Positions 49,054 to 59,642 of a stretch of DNA of 64,000 bases are shown in pieces; within the stretch, counting starts at the first letter, position 1; every line of letters starts with the position of its first letter. A model generated the notes under the pieces. That model did no database searches. It was given only the letters and a program-made list of their open reading frames with translations, and was not told the DNA's origin. The position numbers and the translations under genes were made by a program. Source of the stretch: Candidatus Poribacteria bacterium (GTDB lineage Bacteria > Poribacteria > WGA-4E > PCPOR2b); the NCBI GenBank assembly GCA_965208675.1, contig OZ242351.1, forward strand, positions 4,288,001-4,352,000, written 5' to 3'.

Positions 49054-51021
49054 ATGTACCGCTTTGCCAAACTTGCCCTGCGGCGATTCATGTTGTTCAG
49101 TATCGCAATATCGATCGCCATCACCTTTTTCGTATTTAGTCCAACCGGGTTGTTTGCTGTAATAGACCTGTCGATTGTGCGTCCTAGGACAGACTTTACC
49201 ACAAACAACCAGGCGTTGTCGATTGAAGGAATTGTTGAATCCTCAATTCCGACAAAAGTTGTTGTCACGACCAACACACCGGCCGGGGTTCCCGATTTGG
49301 AGCAGTTGGCACATTCTCTCCACGCAATTGTTCTTGACCTTGGAAGTTCACGCCAGCTTAAGGCAGCTATAATAAGTCCCGATGCTGACCTAGATTTATC
49401 GTTCGGACCCAGAATGGTACAGATGGCATTCGCGCAAGACGACACAAATTTTCCAGAAGGTCATCGCCTGAACGTTCCCTCCACCATAGGTACGTCTTTC
49501 AACAAGACCGTGGTTGACTTTCCGAGCATCATTTCTGCGCAGTTCGTCCAGATTGTGATGCTAGAAGGCTGGCAGCGAGAGAGAATTGCCATCGAATCCA
49601 TTGAATTTCTAGATTCAACCAATCAGATTATACAGGCCGGTATCCAGTCCATTTCTATCTTGCTAGATCTATCAGTGGAGAATCGGGCGCCATTTTCCGT
49701 TCAGGTTTTGCTCAAGACGGGAGAGAACCGACTTACGTTGTTCGCCCGCACACTCGTGCTGCCAGGCGCCAATCAGATTGAAACCGCCGATTGGGTGACA
49801 ATTTCGCCGTTTTATCTTTCTGAATTGCGACCAGATGCCGCCGATGCGGGATATTACACGTTGAGCGATGGCCATCGGGCGCAGATTGTATTGGCAGTTG
49901 ATGCTTTTGATGAGAAAATTAAAAAATTACAGTTCTATTCCGTTCCACGCGAGCAGTTTGATTCTTTGTCCTATTCGGAAAACGAACAAATTGTTGAAGG
50001 GACGGCTCCTGCCGTGGTGTACCGATTTGAACCGCTGAAGCAGGGCGTGTTCGCTGCAGAGGCGTCGAATTCCTTACGCGATCAACCACCCACGCTCGCG
50101 TTTGACGGCATATTGGATTTCCCTTCGACATGGGTCGCAGGGTTAGTGCCGTTGCCTATCTCGCTTACTGCCGATTTGGGTGAGGTCCGTGCAATCAGCC
50201 GAATTGTCGTGCACGCGAACGTTACCGAGAACGGTTCTTTTGGACCGCAAAGCGCAATAATATTCACCTCCAATGATAATGTAAACTTCACAGAGTTATT
50301 TGAGTATTCGGAGTTTGATGATCGGTCGACAGCAATTCAGTTGCCATCTCATCCGTCGGCTCGGTATGTCCGACTCAAAATCACGGAGAGCAAACAGGCA
50401 AATAATGTTCAAATTAACGAGGTCGAATTATTTGACATGTCTGACTCAAAACTTGTTCCGCTTTTAGCGGTTGATCGGATTTTGCTCCAACGTCCGGCGC
50501 ATCTAGAATTGAGTTATACCGCGTCCGATTTGCTTGCGGCGAATATCCGCCGAAAATCGGACCTTAGAATTTTTGCATGGGATGACCTTGGCAAGGAATG
50601 GCAATTAGTAGGAGGAGAAATTGACCTGGATCGTCAGACGGTCAGTTTAGAACTCAACTATATTTCCGAATTTGCGTTGTTCCAAGCTGTCACTTCGAAA
50701 ATACAGACGGCGTGGAGTTTGAACCCGTTTTCGCCTGACGGAAACGGAATCGCAGATGTAACACGTCTAACAATTATTAACGCGGACACCTCGCCGTTCC
50801 GACGGAATGAACTTATCGTTGAAATCTTTGATCTCAACAACAGACTCGTGCGGACGCTGGTAAATCGAAATGTCATGCATTCAAACGCAATGAGTGTCGA
50901 ATGGGACGGTCGGGACGGAACGGGGCGAATTGTAAATATTGGGCCGTATATCTATCAGATTCAGATCCAATCTGATACGCAGACAGACGTCCGAAACGGC
51001 GTGATTGTTGTGGGAAAATGA
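49054..51021 (+). CDS. Secreted protein with discoidin (F5/8C)-like domains and C-terminal FlgD-Ig / T9SS type-B-like CTD
   Basis: Signal peptide; AFDG..TW..ADLG..ARYVRLKIT..INEVEL; C-terminal NPFSPDGNGIAD..EIFDLNNRLVRTL..WDGRDGTGRIV..GPYIYQI. Confidence 0.85.
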   Translation: MYRFAKLALRRFMLFSIAISIAITFFVFSPTGLFAVIDLSIVRPRTDFTTNNQALSIEGIVESSIPTKVVVTTNTPAGVPDLEQLAHSLHAIVLDLGSSRQLKAAIISPDADLDLSFGPRMVQMAFAQDDTNFPEGHRLNVPSTIGTSFNKTVVDFPSIISAQFVQIVMLEGWQRERIAIESIEFLDSTNQIIQAGIQSISILLDLSVENRAPFSVQVLLKTGENRLTLFARTLVLPGANQIETADWVTISPFYLSELRPDAADAGYYTLSDGHRAQIVLAVDAFDEKIKKLQFYSVPREQFDSLSYSENEQIVEGTAPAVVYRFEPLKQGVFAAEASNSLRDQPPTLAFDGILDFPSTWVAGLVPLPISLTADLGEVRAISRIVVHANVTENGSFGPQSAIIFTSNDNVNFTELFEYSEFDDRSTAIQLPSHPSARYVRLKITESKQANNVQINEVELFDMSDSKLVPLLAVDRILLQRPAHLELSYTASDLLAANIRRKSDLRIFAWDDLGKEWQLVGGEIDLDRQTVSLELNYISEFALFQAVTSKIQTAWSLNPFSPDGNGIADVTRLTIINADTSPFRRNELIVEIFDLNNRLVRTLVNRNVMHSNAMSVEWDGRDGTGRIVNIGPYIYQIQIQSDTQTDVRNGVIVVGK

Positions 51022-51055
51022 AGACTAATTGCCTTAGAATTACGCCGGTCAATTA

Positions 51056-52138
51056 TTGTTGAACTCGTCGGAGACGTGTAACCGTCATAGTGGAAGGAGG
51101 CAGAGAAAGGGGGCTAAACCGAAGGTGTTAAAATGGAAGAGTGAGAGACCATCGAATTGGAGTAATCCCTTTTTCTTACCGCTTCATCGCTTAAACCGCC
51201 CGCCAACCCATCGATTGACACTCCTAATATTCTTATTTTGCGTGGGGATAGTCAGTCTATCTCATTGGGCGCATGCTGCATTCGACGATCAGTTCGTGGG
51301 GGCGCGTGCTTATGCGATGGGAGGCGCGTTCGCGGCCACAGCGAATGAATCAGACGGTCTACTCGTAAATCCGGCGTCAATCTCGAATCATTCCGCGCCG
51401 CGGCAGTTGTCTGCGACAATGGCGAGACTCCACGTAGGCTTGACCGACGAGACTTCAATCTCGCAAAACCTAATCAGCTATACGAATCCAGTTCCTCTCA
51501 GAGGTTCAATTGGATTGCTTTGGAAGCGGTTGAACGTCAGCGAACTTTATTCGGAGAATTATTTGGTCATGGGATTGAGCAAGGGTTTAGCGTTTGGAAC
51601 GAATGAAGAACGCCGTCTGTCAATCGGAGCGGCGTTAAAGCTGTTACATTGGGACACGGCGCCTACAATTGGGACAAGCGGTAGTATTGTAGAGGATTTG
51701 CCGGGCTCAAGACGGTTTAGCTTAGACGCAGGCGTGGTTTTTCGCCCGTCCGAGAATATTCCGCTTGCGTTGTCTGTCCAGAACATCAATACCCCCAACA
51801 TTGCTTCGAAGTCGTCGAAGATTACGGAGGAGTTGCCGGCGCAGGTGACGCTTGGCATCGGAATATTGGGGCGGCGGTCTACATGGGGGATGGATTTGGT
51901 ATTCAACCGCAGCCAGACTGATGTCAAGATTGGGATTGAGCAACAATTTTATGATGGTAGGGTGTTGCTGCGCGGCGGATTTCGGTTGGAAAACCTCGCT
52001 TGGGGAGCAAATATGACGCTCGGGGGAGGGTATCACTTGAACAGTAGTGTTCGAATGGATTACGGATCCGCTTTTCCGATTGGTGGCATTGTAGACACGT
52101 ACGGCAGCCATCGAGTTAGCCTTGTATATATTTTATGA
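51056..52138 (+). CDS. PorV/PorP-like (FadL-superfamily) outer-membrane beta-barrel
   Basis: GARAYAMGGAF.A..NPA N-terminal motif, alternating beta strands, ..MDY..SHRVSL C-terminus; the true start is probably near 51215. Confidence 0.75.
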   Translation: MLNSSETCNRHSGRRQRKGAKPKVLKWKSERPSNWSNPFFLPLHRLNRPPTHRLTLLIFLFCVGIVSLSHWAHAAFDDQFVGARAYAMGGAFAATANESDGLLVNPASISNHSAPRQLSATMARLHVGLTDETSISQNLISYTNPVPLRGSIGLLWKRLNVSELYSENYLVMGLSKGLAFGTNEERRLSIGAALKLLHWDTAPTIGTSGSIVEDLPGSRRFSLDAGVVFRPSENIPLALSVQNINTPNIASKSSKITEELPAQVTLGIGILGRRSTWGMDLVFNRSQTDVKIGIEQQFYDGRVLLRGGFRLENLAWGANMTLGGGYHLNSSVRMDYGSAFPIGGIVDTYGSHRVSLVYIL

Positions 52139-52200
52139 TACAATCGAGCAGCGGAAGACGAGTGGAATGCGTGGTTGGAATAGTCTAAGAAGGACGGAAT

Positions 52201-54546
52201 ATGGGTATGGGAGCAATCATGCGTCACGTCTCACACATAATCCGTTACGCATTGCACCCGATGCTATGGTTGTTAGTCTGTGCCCACTTTTTGAGTTCGG
52301 CGTATGCACAGCGTGTAGATCCACTGGGAAATCCTGTATTTGATAAGAGCGGAAAAGAACTCTATAGGATTCAGGCAACGTTTGGCGTATTAGGAGGCGA
52401 TTCGACGTTGCGCCGTGATGAGGAATTTCGGAAAAAGACAAGTAATCGAAACTTTTTCACTTTCAACATCCCCAGCGAAAATGTCCGTCATCAGTTAACT
52501 GTCGGCAATTTTTCGACGAAATTTTCCAGCTTTACGTTAAACAAGGAGCTGTTTGATGCAGCACGCTGGAATATTTCGATTCCGAAAGCGCGTGGAGGAA
52601 TATCGGCGTTTGTCGGGCGGGTGACCAACAATACTTTTGACATTTTAGGAGAGCGTGCTACCCCCATCGAAAACGTTGATATTACGAGTACCGCAGATTG
52701 GTTCATGGTCGGGTTCCGAGCGGAGGCAAATCTTGGCGCACACGATATCCGACTGGGGACGTTACCAGAGCTCACGTTGCCATTGCCTCGGCTCGGCATC
52801 AACTATGTGAATCGTTTTTTTACAAACTACGACCTAACTCGTAAAACGAATCCATTTCGAGGGGTCACCGTCGCCAATCCGCCGCCTGAGCTATTTCTCC
52901 GCTTCAGTGACGCTTCACCGGAAAACCCCGGCGGCGGGAAAGTTTTCCATGTGCGCGTTTACGTTGACGGCGCCCTTGAACACGAGATAGTCGGCGGGAA
53001 AGAGCCACCGGGCGTTCTGCTTCTGCCGCATCAGAGCCGCCGGGATTATCAGTCACGCTGGGTGGATGGCGAAGGGGCATTCACGTATCGATTTCTTCTT
53101 TTCAACCCACAGGAAATCAGAAGCGTACGGTTTGAAGTCGATATTGCCAATGATTATCGGGTTGAATTGTCGCCGAACAATCGGGACTTTCAATTGGAAC
53201 TCAGCGCCGCAGGCAACGTCAAAGACGAGTCGAACCGCCAGCTACACAGATTCTACTACGGGGAATTGACAGATGAAACCACAATGGGTCTCGATTTCCA
53301 TACGACGCTGTTCGGTTTTTCGATTGAGGCGGAACGTGCATGGTATTCACAGACGAGGCAGTATCCTATTCTGAACGGGCGAAGCACACAGCGAACCACC
53401 GGCGCATGGTTCGTTGATGTGAATCGAAATTTTGGCCCCCTTACTTGGCGCAGCGAATATACGCGAATCGATCCCTTTTATACGGCGGACAACTTCGTCG
53501 ACGACAACGATGATGACGATCCATACGCAGATTCGCGTGAACCAGAGATTTTGATATCAGGAAATACAAAGGATGATCTGGATGGCGACCGCATTAAAGA
53601 TTGGGATGACGATTTTCTACTTTTCTTTGCAGACCCGCCGAGATTTCGCTTGGGACTCAATCGAGAATCAATTGATTTTAACAACAATGGGGAGCCGGAT
53701 AATCTAGAAGATGATGACAAACCCAACTACCGCTACGATTACGACAGAGGTTCTTACGGTCATCACACCTATTTTAAGCTGGATTTACCATTCACCGAAG
53801 GACTTTCGGTTATACCTGGATATTATTCGAAACACTTGATTCTTGAACATAAAAGCGCAAGAGGATGGTATAATATATTTGCGTACGCGCCAAATCGGAT
53901 TCGTCACTTTGGAACGGTCAAATTCCGCCATACGCTTCGCCGTTCGCACGACATTATCCCTGATGACGTTGTTATTCGCAGCACTGGGGAACAGATTGAG
54001 GACAATTTGGCACTTCAAGATTATCTGAGCAATATCTTCACGATGATTGTCGATTACGAGAACATTGAGAACCTCACAATCGTCAGTAAGTTCAAATATC
54101 AGCGCGATGCGCTGTTTCACACTCGCCAGCACGTTATTGATACTGCGTTGATTAACCAGATTCGATATGACTATAAAGTGCGCGACGATCTCACGGTCGC
54201 ACCCGCCTTTAGGAGCGACCGTACAATCGGTTATATCGTCCCGTTAGATAAACTGATGTCAGTTGATTTCATCCGAAATGCCTACATCTTGACCTTGACG
54301 CATCAAGTTGCGGCACAATTGCAATTAAGCGCCGGCGGGCAGTTTCTCACATGGCGTGACTTCAACGATTCACAGAACAATTTCAACCGTACGGTCGGCT
54401 TCTTAGAGCTCGTGTTACAGGGCGATGTCTTCGGTCAGAAGATGGGGCTCTTGATTGCTTCCGACTATATCATTCAAAGCTTTATTGAACCCATCGGCGG
54501 CGCGGAAAAACGCACAAATATCGGAATTTCGTTGTTTTTATTATAG
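52201..54546 (+). CDS. Large exported protein, probable outer-membrane barrel with Asp-rich Ca-binding loops
   Basis: Signal peptide; VDDNDDDDPYAD, DDLDGDRIKDWDDD, DFNNNGEPD; amphipathic beta-strand C-terminus. Confidence 0.75.
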   Translation: MGMGAIMRHVSHIIRYALHPMLWLLVCAHFLSSAYAQRVDPLGNPVFDKSGKELYRIQATFGVLGGDSTLRRDEEFRKKTSNRNFFTFNIPSENVRHQLTVGNFSTKFSSFTLNKELFDAARWNISIPKARGGISAFVGRVTNNTFDILGERATPIENVDITSTADWFMVGFRAEANLGAHDIRLGTLPELTLPLPRLGINYVNRFFTNYDLTRKTNPFRGVTVANPPPELFLRFSDASPENPGGGKVFHVRVYVDGALEHEIVGGKEPPGVLLLPHQSRRDYQSRWVDGEGAFTYRFLLFNPQEIRSVRFEVDIANDYRVELSPNNRDFQLELSAAGNVKDESNRQLHRFYYGELTDETTMGLDFHTTLFGFSIEAERAWYSQTRQYPILNGRSTQRTTGAWFVDVNRNFGPLTWRSEYTRIDPFYTADNFVDDNDDDDPYADSREPEILISGNTKDDLDGDRIKDWDDDFLLFFADPPRFRLGLNRESIDFNNNGEPDNLEDDDKPNYRYDYDRGSYGHHTYFKLDLPFTEGLSVIPGYYSKHLILEHKSARGWYNIFAYAPNRIRHFGTVKFRHTLRRSHDIIPDDVVIRSTGEQIEDNLALQDYLSNIFTMIVDYENIENLTIVSKFKYQRDALFHTRQHVIDTALINQIRYDYKVRDDLTVAPAFRSDRTIGYIVPLDKLMSVDFIRNAYILTLTHQVAAQLQLSAGGQFLTWRDFNDSQNNFNRTVGFLELVLQGDVFGQKMGLLIASDYIIQSFIEPIGGAEKRTNIGISLFLL

Positions 54547-54607
54547 CCTCAATTAACCCCAAATTAGACCGAGGATTTTATTCGGTTCACTGAAAGGAGT
54601 AATTTAA

Positions 54608-55573
54608 ATGCAACAGCAATCGTGGGATGATTTGCAGCCGTATATTCGGTTCATCACCGCAAAACGTGTATTTTGGGTGATACTCATTGTAATAGGCGTG
54701 GCAGCAGCCGCAACGAGTTTCTACACCGTTGAAGCCGATGAGGAGGGCGTCGTGCTCCGGTTTGGAGAATACGTCAGATCTGTCCCGCCGGGGCTGCACT
54801 TCAAGGCGCCGTTCGGAATTGAAAAAGCAACGGGCGTCCCTGTCCGTAAAGTTTTGAAAGAAGAATTCGGTTTTCGCACGCTTCGAGCTGGCGTCCGTAC
54901 TCAATACGATGCTCGAGATTTTCCGGAGGAGTCACTTCTGTTATCGGGAGATCTCAACATTGCCGATGTGGAGTGGGTTGTACAATACCGCATTGACGAA
55001 CCCCGAAAATTTCTGTATGAAATCCGTAGTGCGAATCAAGCCTTGCGGGATCTCTCCGAAGCCGTTATGAGCATTGTTGTCGGTGACCGCACTGTCACAG
55101 AGGTGCTTACCGTCGGGCGCGAAGAGATTGCCATGGACGTCAAACAAGGGCTGCAACAGTTGTTGGATTTGTACAATGCGGGATTACACATTGAAAACGT
55201 TACGTTGCAAGATATTAATCCGCCGGAGGCCGTGAAGTCCGCTTTTAATGAGGTAAATGAAGCGAAGCAAGAGAAGGAGCGGTTAATCAACGAAGCCTTG
55301 CGTGATTACAACGAGTCCGTTCCGAAAGCCAAAGGGCTCGCGTTGCAACAGATTTCCGAGGCGGAGGGGTACGCCCTGAAACGCGTGAACGAGGCAACGG
55401 GAGATGCCGATCGATTCAATTCGATTCGGAAAGAATACCAAGGCGCCAAGGATGTAACCCGGCGCAGGCTTTACCTTGAAACGATGAGTGAGATTCTACC
55501 GAAAGTAAAAGAGATTTATATAATTGACGATGAATCGAACAGTCCCATTCCAATTTTGCAACTCGGACAATAA
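54608..55573 (+). CDS. hflK: FtsH protease modulator HflK
   Basis: TM plus SPFH domain; DLNIADVEWVVQYRI, V..AF.EV..A.Q, AEGYA..VNEA.GDA.RF, TRRRLYLETM. Confidence 0.95.
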   Translation: MQQQSWDDLQPYIRFITAKRVFWVILIVIGVAAAATSFYTVEADEEGVVLRFGEYVRSVPPGLHFKAPFGIEKATGVPVRKVLKEEFGFRTLRAGVRTQYDARDFPEESLLLSGDLNIADVEWVVQYRIDEPRKFLYEIRSANQALRDLSEAVMSIVVGDRTVTEVLTVGREEIAMDVKQGLQQLLDLYNAGLHIENVTLQDINPPEAVKSAFNEVNEAKQEKERLINEALRDYNESVPKAKGLALQQISEAEGYALKRVNEATGDADRFNSIRKEYQGAKDVTRRRLYLETMSEILPKVKEIYIIDDESNSPIPILQLGQ

Positions 55574-55585
55574 AGGAGATTCGCA

Positions 55586-56554
55586 TTGAACGCAAAAATT
55601 TTGATACCGTTAATCATAATCGTTGTAATCGCCATAGTGATTGGTCCTTCAATGCTCTATATTGTCCACGAAGGCAAGCAGGCGGTGATTACCGAATTTG
55701 GCCGACCGATTGGTGAACCAATTGACAGTGCCGGTTTAAAGATTAAAACTCCGTTTATTCAGAAAGTCCATCGATTTGAGAAGCGAATCCTCGAATGGGA
55801 CGCCTCACCAAATCAGATCACGACGAAGGACAAACGTTTCATCTGGTTGGATACGAGCGCGCGGTGGCGCATTAAAGACGCGCTTAAATTCTACCAAGCC
55901 CTCGGTACGGAGACCTCCGCTCAGTCGCGTCTGGACGACATAATCGACTCGGCTGCCCGTGATTTGGTGACAGGACAGCTTTTGGTCGAGGTGGTGCGCG
56001 ATTCAAATCGTATCATCGACCTGAACCTCGAAGGACTGGAAGCAGAAGAAGGGGGCGGCAGCGCTGAACCGTTGGAACGGATTAATGTCGGAAGAGGGCA
56101 AGTTGCGCAAATGATCCTTGAGAAAGCGCAGCAGAGCTTGCCCGACAGATTCGGAATCGAACTCATCGATGTGCGGATTAAGCGCATTAACTATGTAAAA
56201 GAAGTCCAACAGAAAGTGTTTGCCCGCATGATTTCCGAACGGCAGCGAATCGCGGCAAAATACCGATCGGAGGGCGAAGGCGAAGCCGCGGATATTAAGG
56301 GGCAAAAACAGAAAGAACTGGAGCGCATTCAGTCTGAAGCCTATAAACAGGCAGAGCAGATTAGAGGAAATGCGGATGCCGAAGCGATAAAAATTTATGC
56401 GCAGGCGCACGGCAGAGATTCGGAATTTTACGCCTTTCTCCAGACCTTGCAGACTTACCGGGCAACAACGACTGAAAACACGAAGCTGATTTTATCGACG
56501 GATAGCGATCTCTACCGATATCTGAAAAAAAGCGGCATTCTGAATCGTCGATAA
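55586..56554 (+). CDS. hflC: FtsH protease modulator HflC
   Basis: SPFH domain; DVRIKRIN, RMISERQRIA..RSEG, G.ADAEA..IYA, EFYAFLQTL..Y. Confidence 0.95.
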   Translation: MNAKILIPLIIIVVIAIVIGPSMLYIVHEGKQAVITEFGRPIGEPIDSAGLKIKTPFIQKVHRFEKRILEWDASPNQITTKDKRFIWLDTSARWRIKDALKFYQALGTETSAQSRLDDIIDSAARDLVTGQLLVEVVRDSNRIIDLNLEGLEAEEGGGSAEPLERINVGRGQVAQMILEKAQQSLPDRFGIELIDVRIKRINYVKEVQQKVFARMISERQRIAAKYRSEGEGEAADIKGQKQKELERIQSEAYKQAEQIRGNADAEAIKIYAQAHGRDSEFYAFLQTLQTYRATTTENTKLILSTDSDLYRYLKKSGILNRR

Positions 56555-56741
56555 TGTTTGTGTAGCAACTTGAATAAACGGCGATTCGTCCTTTAATTCC
56601 ACTGCCGGGAGCGGCAAAATCCTCAGTGTTGAAAAGGGGATTTTCCGGTCGCGTCTTGGAGGGACGTGCCCCAAATTTTCGTTGCGTCCATTTGTTGTCT
56701 TAAGATTACGTATCACGACTGACAATTGAGGGTGATGAAGT

Positions 56742-57683
56742 ATGATTCGTTCCCTTCCACTATATGAAACTGACAAAGGATCTGCATGCGCGGCGGGCAA
56801 AGAATCCGCCCGGTATTCGTCCGGGCGGCGCCATCCGCCCTGGATTCGAGCTCGAATACCAGCAGGACCAAACTATGCAGATCTCAAGGCAATGATGCGT
56901 GACTTAGAGCTCCATTCAGTTTGCGAGGAGGCACGCTGCCCCAATATCGGTGAGTGTTGGGGAAATCGAACGGCGACCTTTATGATTTTGGGGGATGTGT
57001 GCACACGCCGCTGCATGTTTTGCGCAGTCACCAAAGGGAAACCGACAGAAGTAGACCGTGATGAACCCCGGCGGATTGGGGAGGCAGTAGCCTATCTGAA
57101 ACTCAAACATGTCGTCATTACCTCGGTCAACCGTGATGATCAAGTTGACGGCGGCGCCAGTATCTTTGCTGCATGCATCCAAGAAGCGCGCGCCAATAAC
57201 CCCGATTGCACCGTTGAAGTGCTTATCCCGGACCTTGAAGGAAATTGGGATGCATTAACAGTAATCCTACACGCAAAACCGGATGTGCTCAATCATAACA
57301 CTGAAACGGTACCGCGGCTTTATCGGCGAGCCCGTCCCCAGGCCGACTATCACCGCTCTTTAGACCTCTTGCGCATTAGCAAGGAGGTTGACGGTACAAT
57401 CCTGACCAAATCGGGATTGATGGTTGGCTTAGGTGAAACAGATTCCGAGTTGTTGCAGACTATGCAGGATATTCGCCATTCCTACTGTGACATTCTGACA
57501 ATTGGGCAGTACCTCGCGCCAACCTCACGACACCTGCCAATTCAAAAGTATTACACTCCAGAGGAATTCAATGCGTTGAAAACGGCGGGCATGGACATGG
57601 GATACCGCCATGTGGAGTCGGGGCCGCTGGTGCGGAGTTCCTACCATGCGGGAGAACAAGCTGCATTGTCAATTAGCCGTTGA
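56742..57683 (+). CDS. lipA: Lipoyl synthase
   Basis: CEEARCPNIGEC, radical SAM CTRRCMFC, NHNTETVPRL, PLVRSSYHA. Confidence 0.97.
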   Translation: MIRSLPLYETDKGSACAAGKESARYSSGRRHPPWIRARIPAGPNYADLKAMMRDLELHSVCEEARCPNIGECWGNRTATFMILGDVCTRRCMFCAVTKGKPTEVDRDEPRRIGEAVAYLKLKHVVITSVNRDDQVDGGASIFAACIQEARANNPDCTVEVLIPDLEGNWDALTVILHAKPDVLNHNTETVPRLYRRARPQADYHRSLDLLRISKEVDGTILTKSGLMVGLGETDSELLQTMQDIRHSYCDILTIGQYLAPTSRHLPIQKYYTPEEFNALKTAGMDMGYRHVESGPLVRSSYHAGEQAALSISR

Positions 57684-57707
57684 ACAAAAGAACTCAGTAA
57701 AGATTGC

Positions 57708-57736
57708 TTGACATGAAATTCTAATTTCGCTAAGAT
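57708..57736 (+). promoter_or_regulatory. Sigma70-type promoter of the second LamG pair
   Basis: TTGACA-N17-TAAGAT. Confidence 0.65.
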
Positions 57737-57850
57737 TGAGGTTGATGCCACGGTACTTAATTTATGGGATTCTCAACGGGGTTTAGAATTCGGTTTTCAT
57801 TGTGGGTTCTCATTGCGGTTGAATCTAGTTGTCAAAAAAGGAGGGTTTTA

Positions 57851-58687
57851 ATGTTTCGTTCTTTCTCACTTCTAATGATAATTTCCTTTCTTGCCATGCC
57901 GAGCCTCGCTTCAGGAGCGCTGACCGATGGCTTAATATCAGTTTGGAACTTTGACGATGAAACCGCAAGTGACGCACTTGGCCGCAACGATGGCATACTT
58001 AGGGGCGGTGCGGCGTTCTCGGACGGCCAGAGCGGCAAGGCGGTTGATCTCAACGGAGTTGATGCTTTTGTAGAAGTTCCTCACAGCGATTCCATGAACG
58101 GCCTCGAGAATGCATTCAGCGTCTCTGCATGGGCATTCTTCCGGGAGCACGGCAATTTTGTTGGTATTGTTTGGAAAGGAAGACAAGTTGGCTGGGCAGC
58201 CGGTTTCACGTTTGAAATTGTAAGCCTAGCAAACAGGAATCCAGAATTGATGGGATGGGGTGCTTGTACTGCGGATACTGAAGGTTGGTATCATTCTCTA
58301 CACCCGCATCTGCAAACTTGGTTTCACGTGGCGCAAATCGCGGACGGCAAAGAACTCCGTTCTTACTTTAACGGCGAACTTGTGGAAGTACCCCATGCTG
58401 GCGAAACTTGGCTTGGGGCGGCCGGAGTCGGTAAAATTCCACAGCCACTCTCCGCACCCTATGCGCTCTTTCCAGATCAACCGATTCGGATGGGAATGAG
58501 CCAAGGGTTAAATAACAACCTAGACACGAAAACTTATCTTGACGGATTCGTTGATGAGGTGATGCTATGGGACCGTGCTCTCTCAGAAGGTGAGGTCAAT
58601 CAGGTCATGCGGGGCGAACTTGTAGCGGTTGAACCGAAGAGCAAGCTCGCCGTTACTTGGGGCGCACTAAAGGCACACCATCGTTAA
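57851..58687 (+). CDS. Secreted LamG domain protein
   Basis: GGAGG RBS, ATG 57851, signal peptide, GLISVWNFD, DGFVDEV..WDRAL; C-terminal AVEPKSKLAVTWGALK. Confidence 0.92.
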   Translation: MFRSFSLLMIISFLAMPSLASGALTDGLISVWNFDDETASDALGRNDGILRGGAAFSDGQSGKAVDLNGVDAFVEVPHSDSMNGLENAFSVSAWAFFREHGNFVGIVWKGRQVGWAAGFTFEIVSLANRNPELMGWGACTADTEGWYHSLHPHLQTWFHVAQIADGKELRSYFNGELVEVPHAGETWLGAAGVGKIPQPLSAPYALFPDQPIRMGMSQGLNNNLDTKTYLDGFVDEVMLWDRALSEGEVNQVMRGELVAVEPKSKLAVTWGALKAHHR

Positions 58688-58725
58688 TCTGCCGAACGTC
58701 TAATTTGAGAAGGAGGTTATTCACG

Positions 58726-59484
58726 ATGAGAACGATGTTTTATTTTACGGCAATTGCTATTTGTGTACTTGTCTTTCATCTGAGTGCTCCTGCTGACATT
58801 CTAGATGGGCTTGTGGCTTTCTGGAGTTTTGATGAAGGCGAAGGTGATACGGCTGGAGATTCCATCGGGGAACATCATGGAGAAATCGACGGCGCTACTT
58901 GGACAGAGGATGCCATGGAAGGCACAGCGTTGGATTTTTCTCCGAAGAAAGACTCATCTGTAAATATCGAACACATAGAGGGCATTGACGAGTTGCCGAG
59001 CGGGTTTACGATATCGCATTGGGCAAAACAGCGCGGACGGGGTGCGATGATGGATAAATCCGAGAACGATGGCGCGAGGATTCAATGGTTCTTGCTCGAT
59101 GACACACGCCTGCATTGGGGAATCGGTAATTCCTTTGGGTTCGCCCCCGGACTTGGTGAGGTTAGGCAGTGGATGTATCTAACATGGTCACACGAGCCAG
59201 GCGACAGTCAGGTGTACATCAACGGCGAAAAAGTCGGCGGCGGGCCAGAAGGCCCTGTTCCAGTAACCGGCCGCCCCATGTATTTTGGGACCCGGATGCC
59301 TTGGCAGCAATTTGGTAAGGAGCAGCGGTTCGACGGCATTCTGGACGAAGTGGCTTTTTGGATCCGCCCGTTGTCAGTCAAGGAAATTGAAGAAGTCACC
59401 GAGAAGGGAATACAGCAAATTCTAGCTGTTTCGCCGAAAGCCAAATTGGCGACAAAGTGGGCAAGCCTGAAAACCCAACTGTGA
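58726..59484 (+). CDS. Secreted LamG domain protein
   Basis: AGGAGG RBS, ATG 58726, GLVAFWSFDEGEG, FDGILDEV; C-terminal AVSPKAKLATKWASLK. Confidence 0.92.
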   Translation: MRTMFYFTAIAICVLVFHLSAPADILDGLVAFWSFDEGEGDTAGDSIGEHHGEIDGATWTEDAMEGTALDFSPKKDSSVNIEHIEGIDELPSGFTISHWAKQRGRGAMMDKSENDGARIQWFLLDDTRLHWGIGNSFGFAPGLGEVRQWMYLTWSHEPGDSQVYINGEKVGGGPEGPVPVTGRPMYFGTRMPWQQFGKEQRFDGILDEVAFWIRPLSVKEIEEVTEKGIQQILAVSPKAKLATKWASLKTQL

Positions 59485-59642
59485 GAGTGTATCTGATGAT
59501 CCCCCAAGGTGCAACAAAATTGCTAGTTTGTGGTCTTTAACATCACTCTTCGCGCCGCGAAGAGAATGCAAAACCCTCGGGCGATCACACGAAAATCGAG
59601 GAAGCCAATACTTGAATACTGTCGAAGTGTAGATTGGCAATA

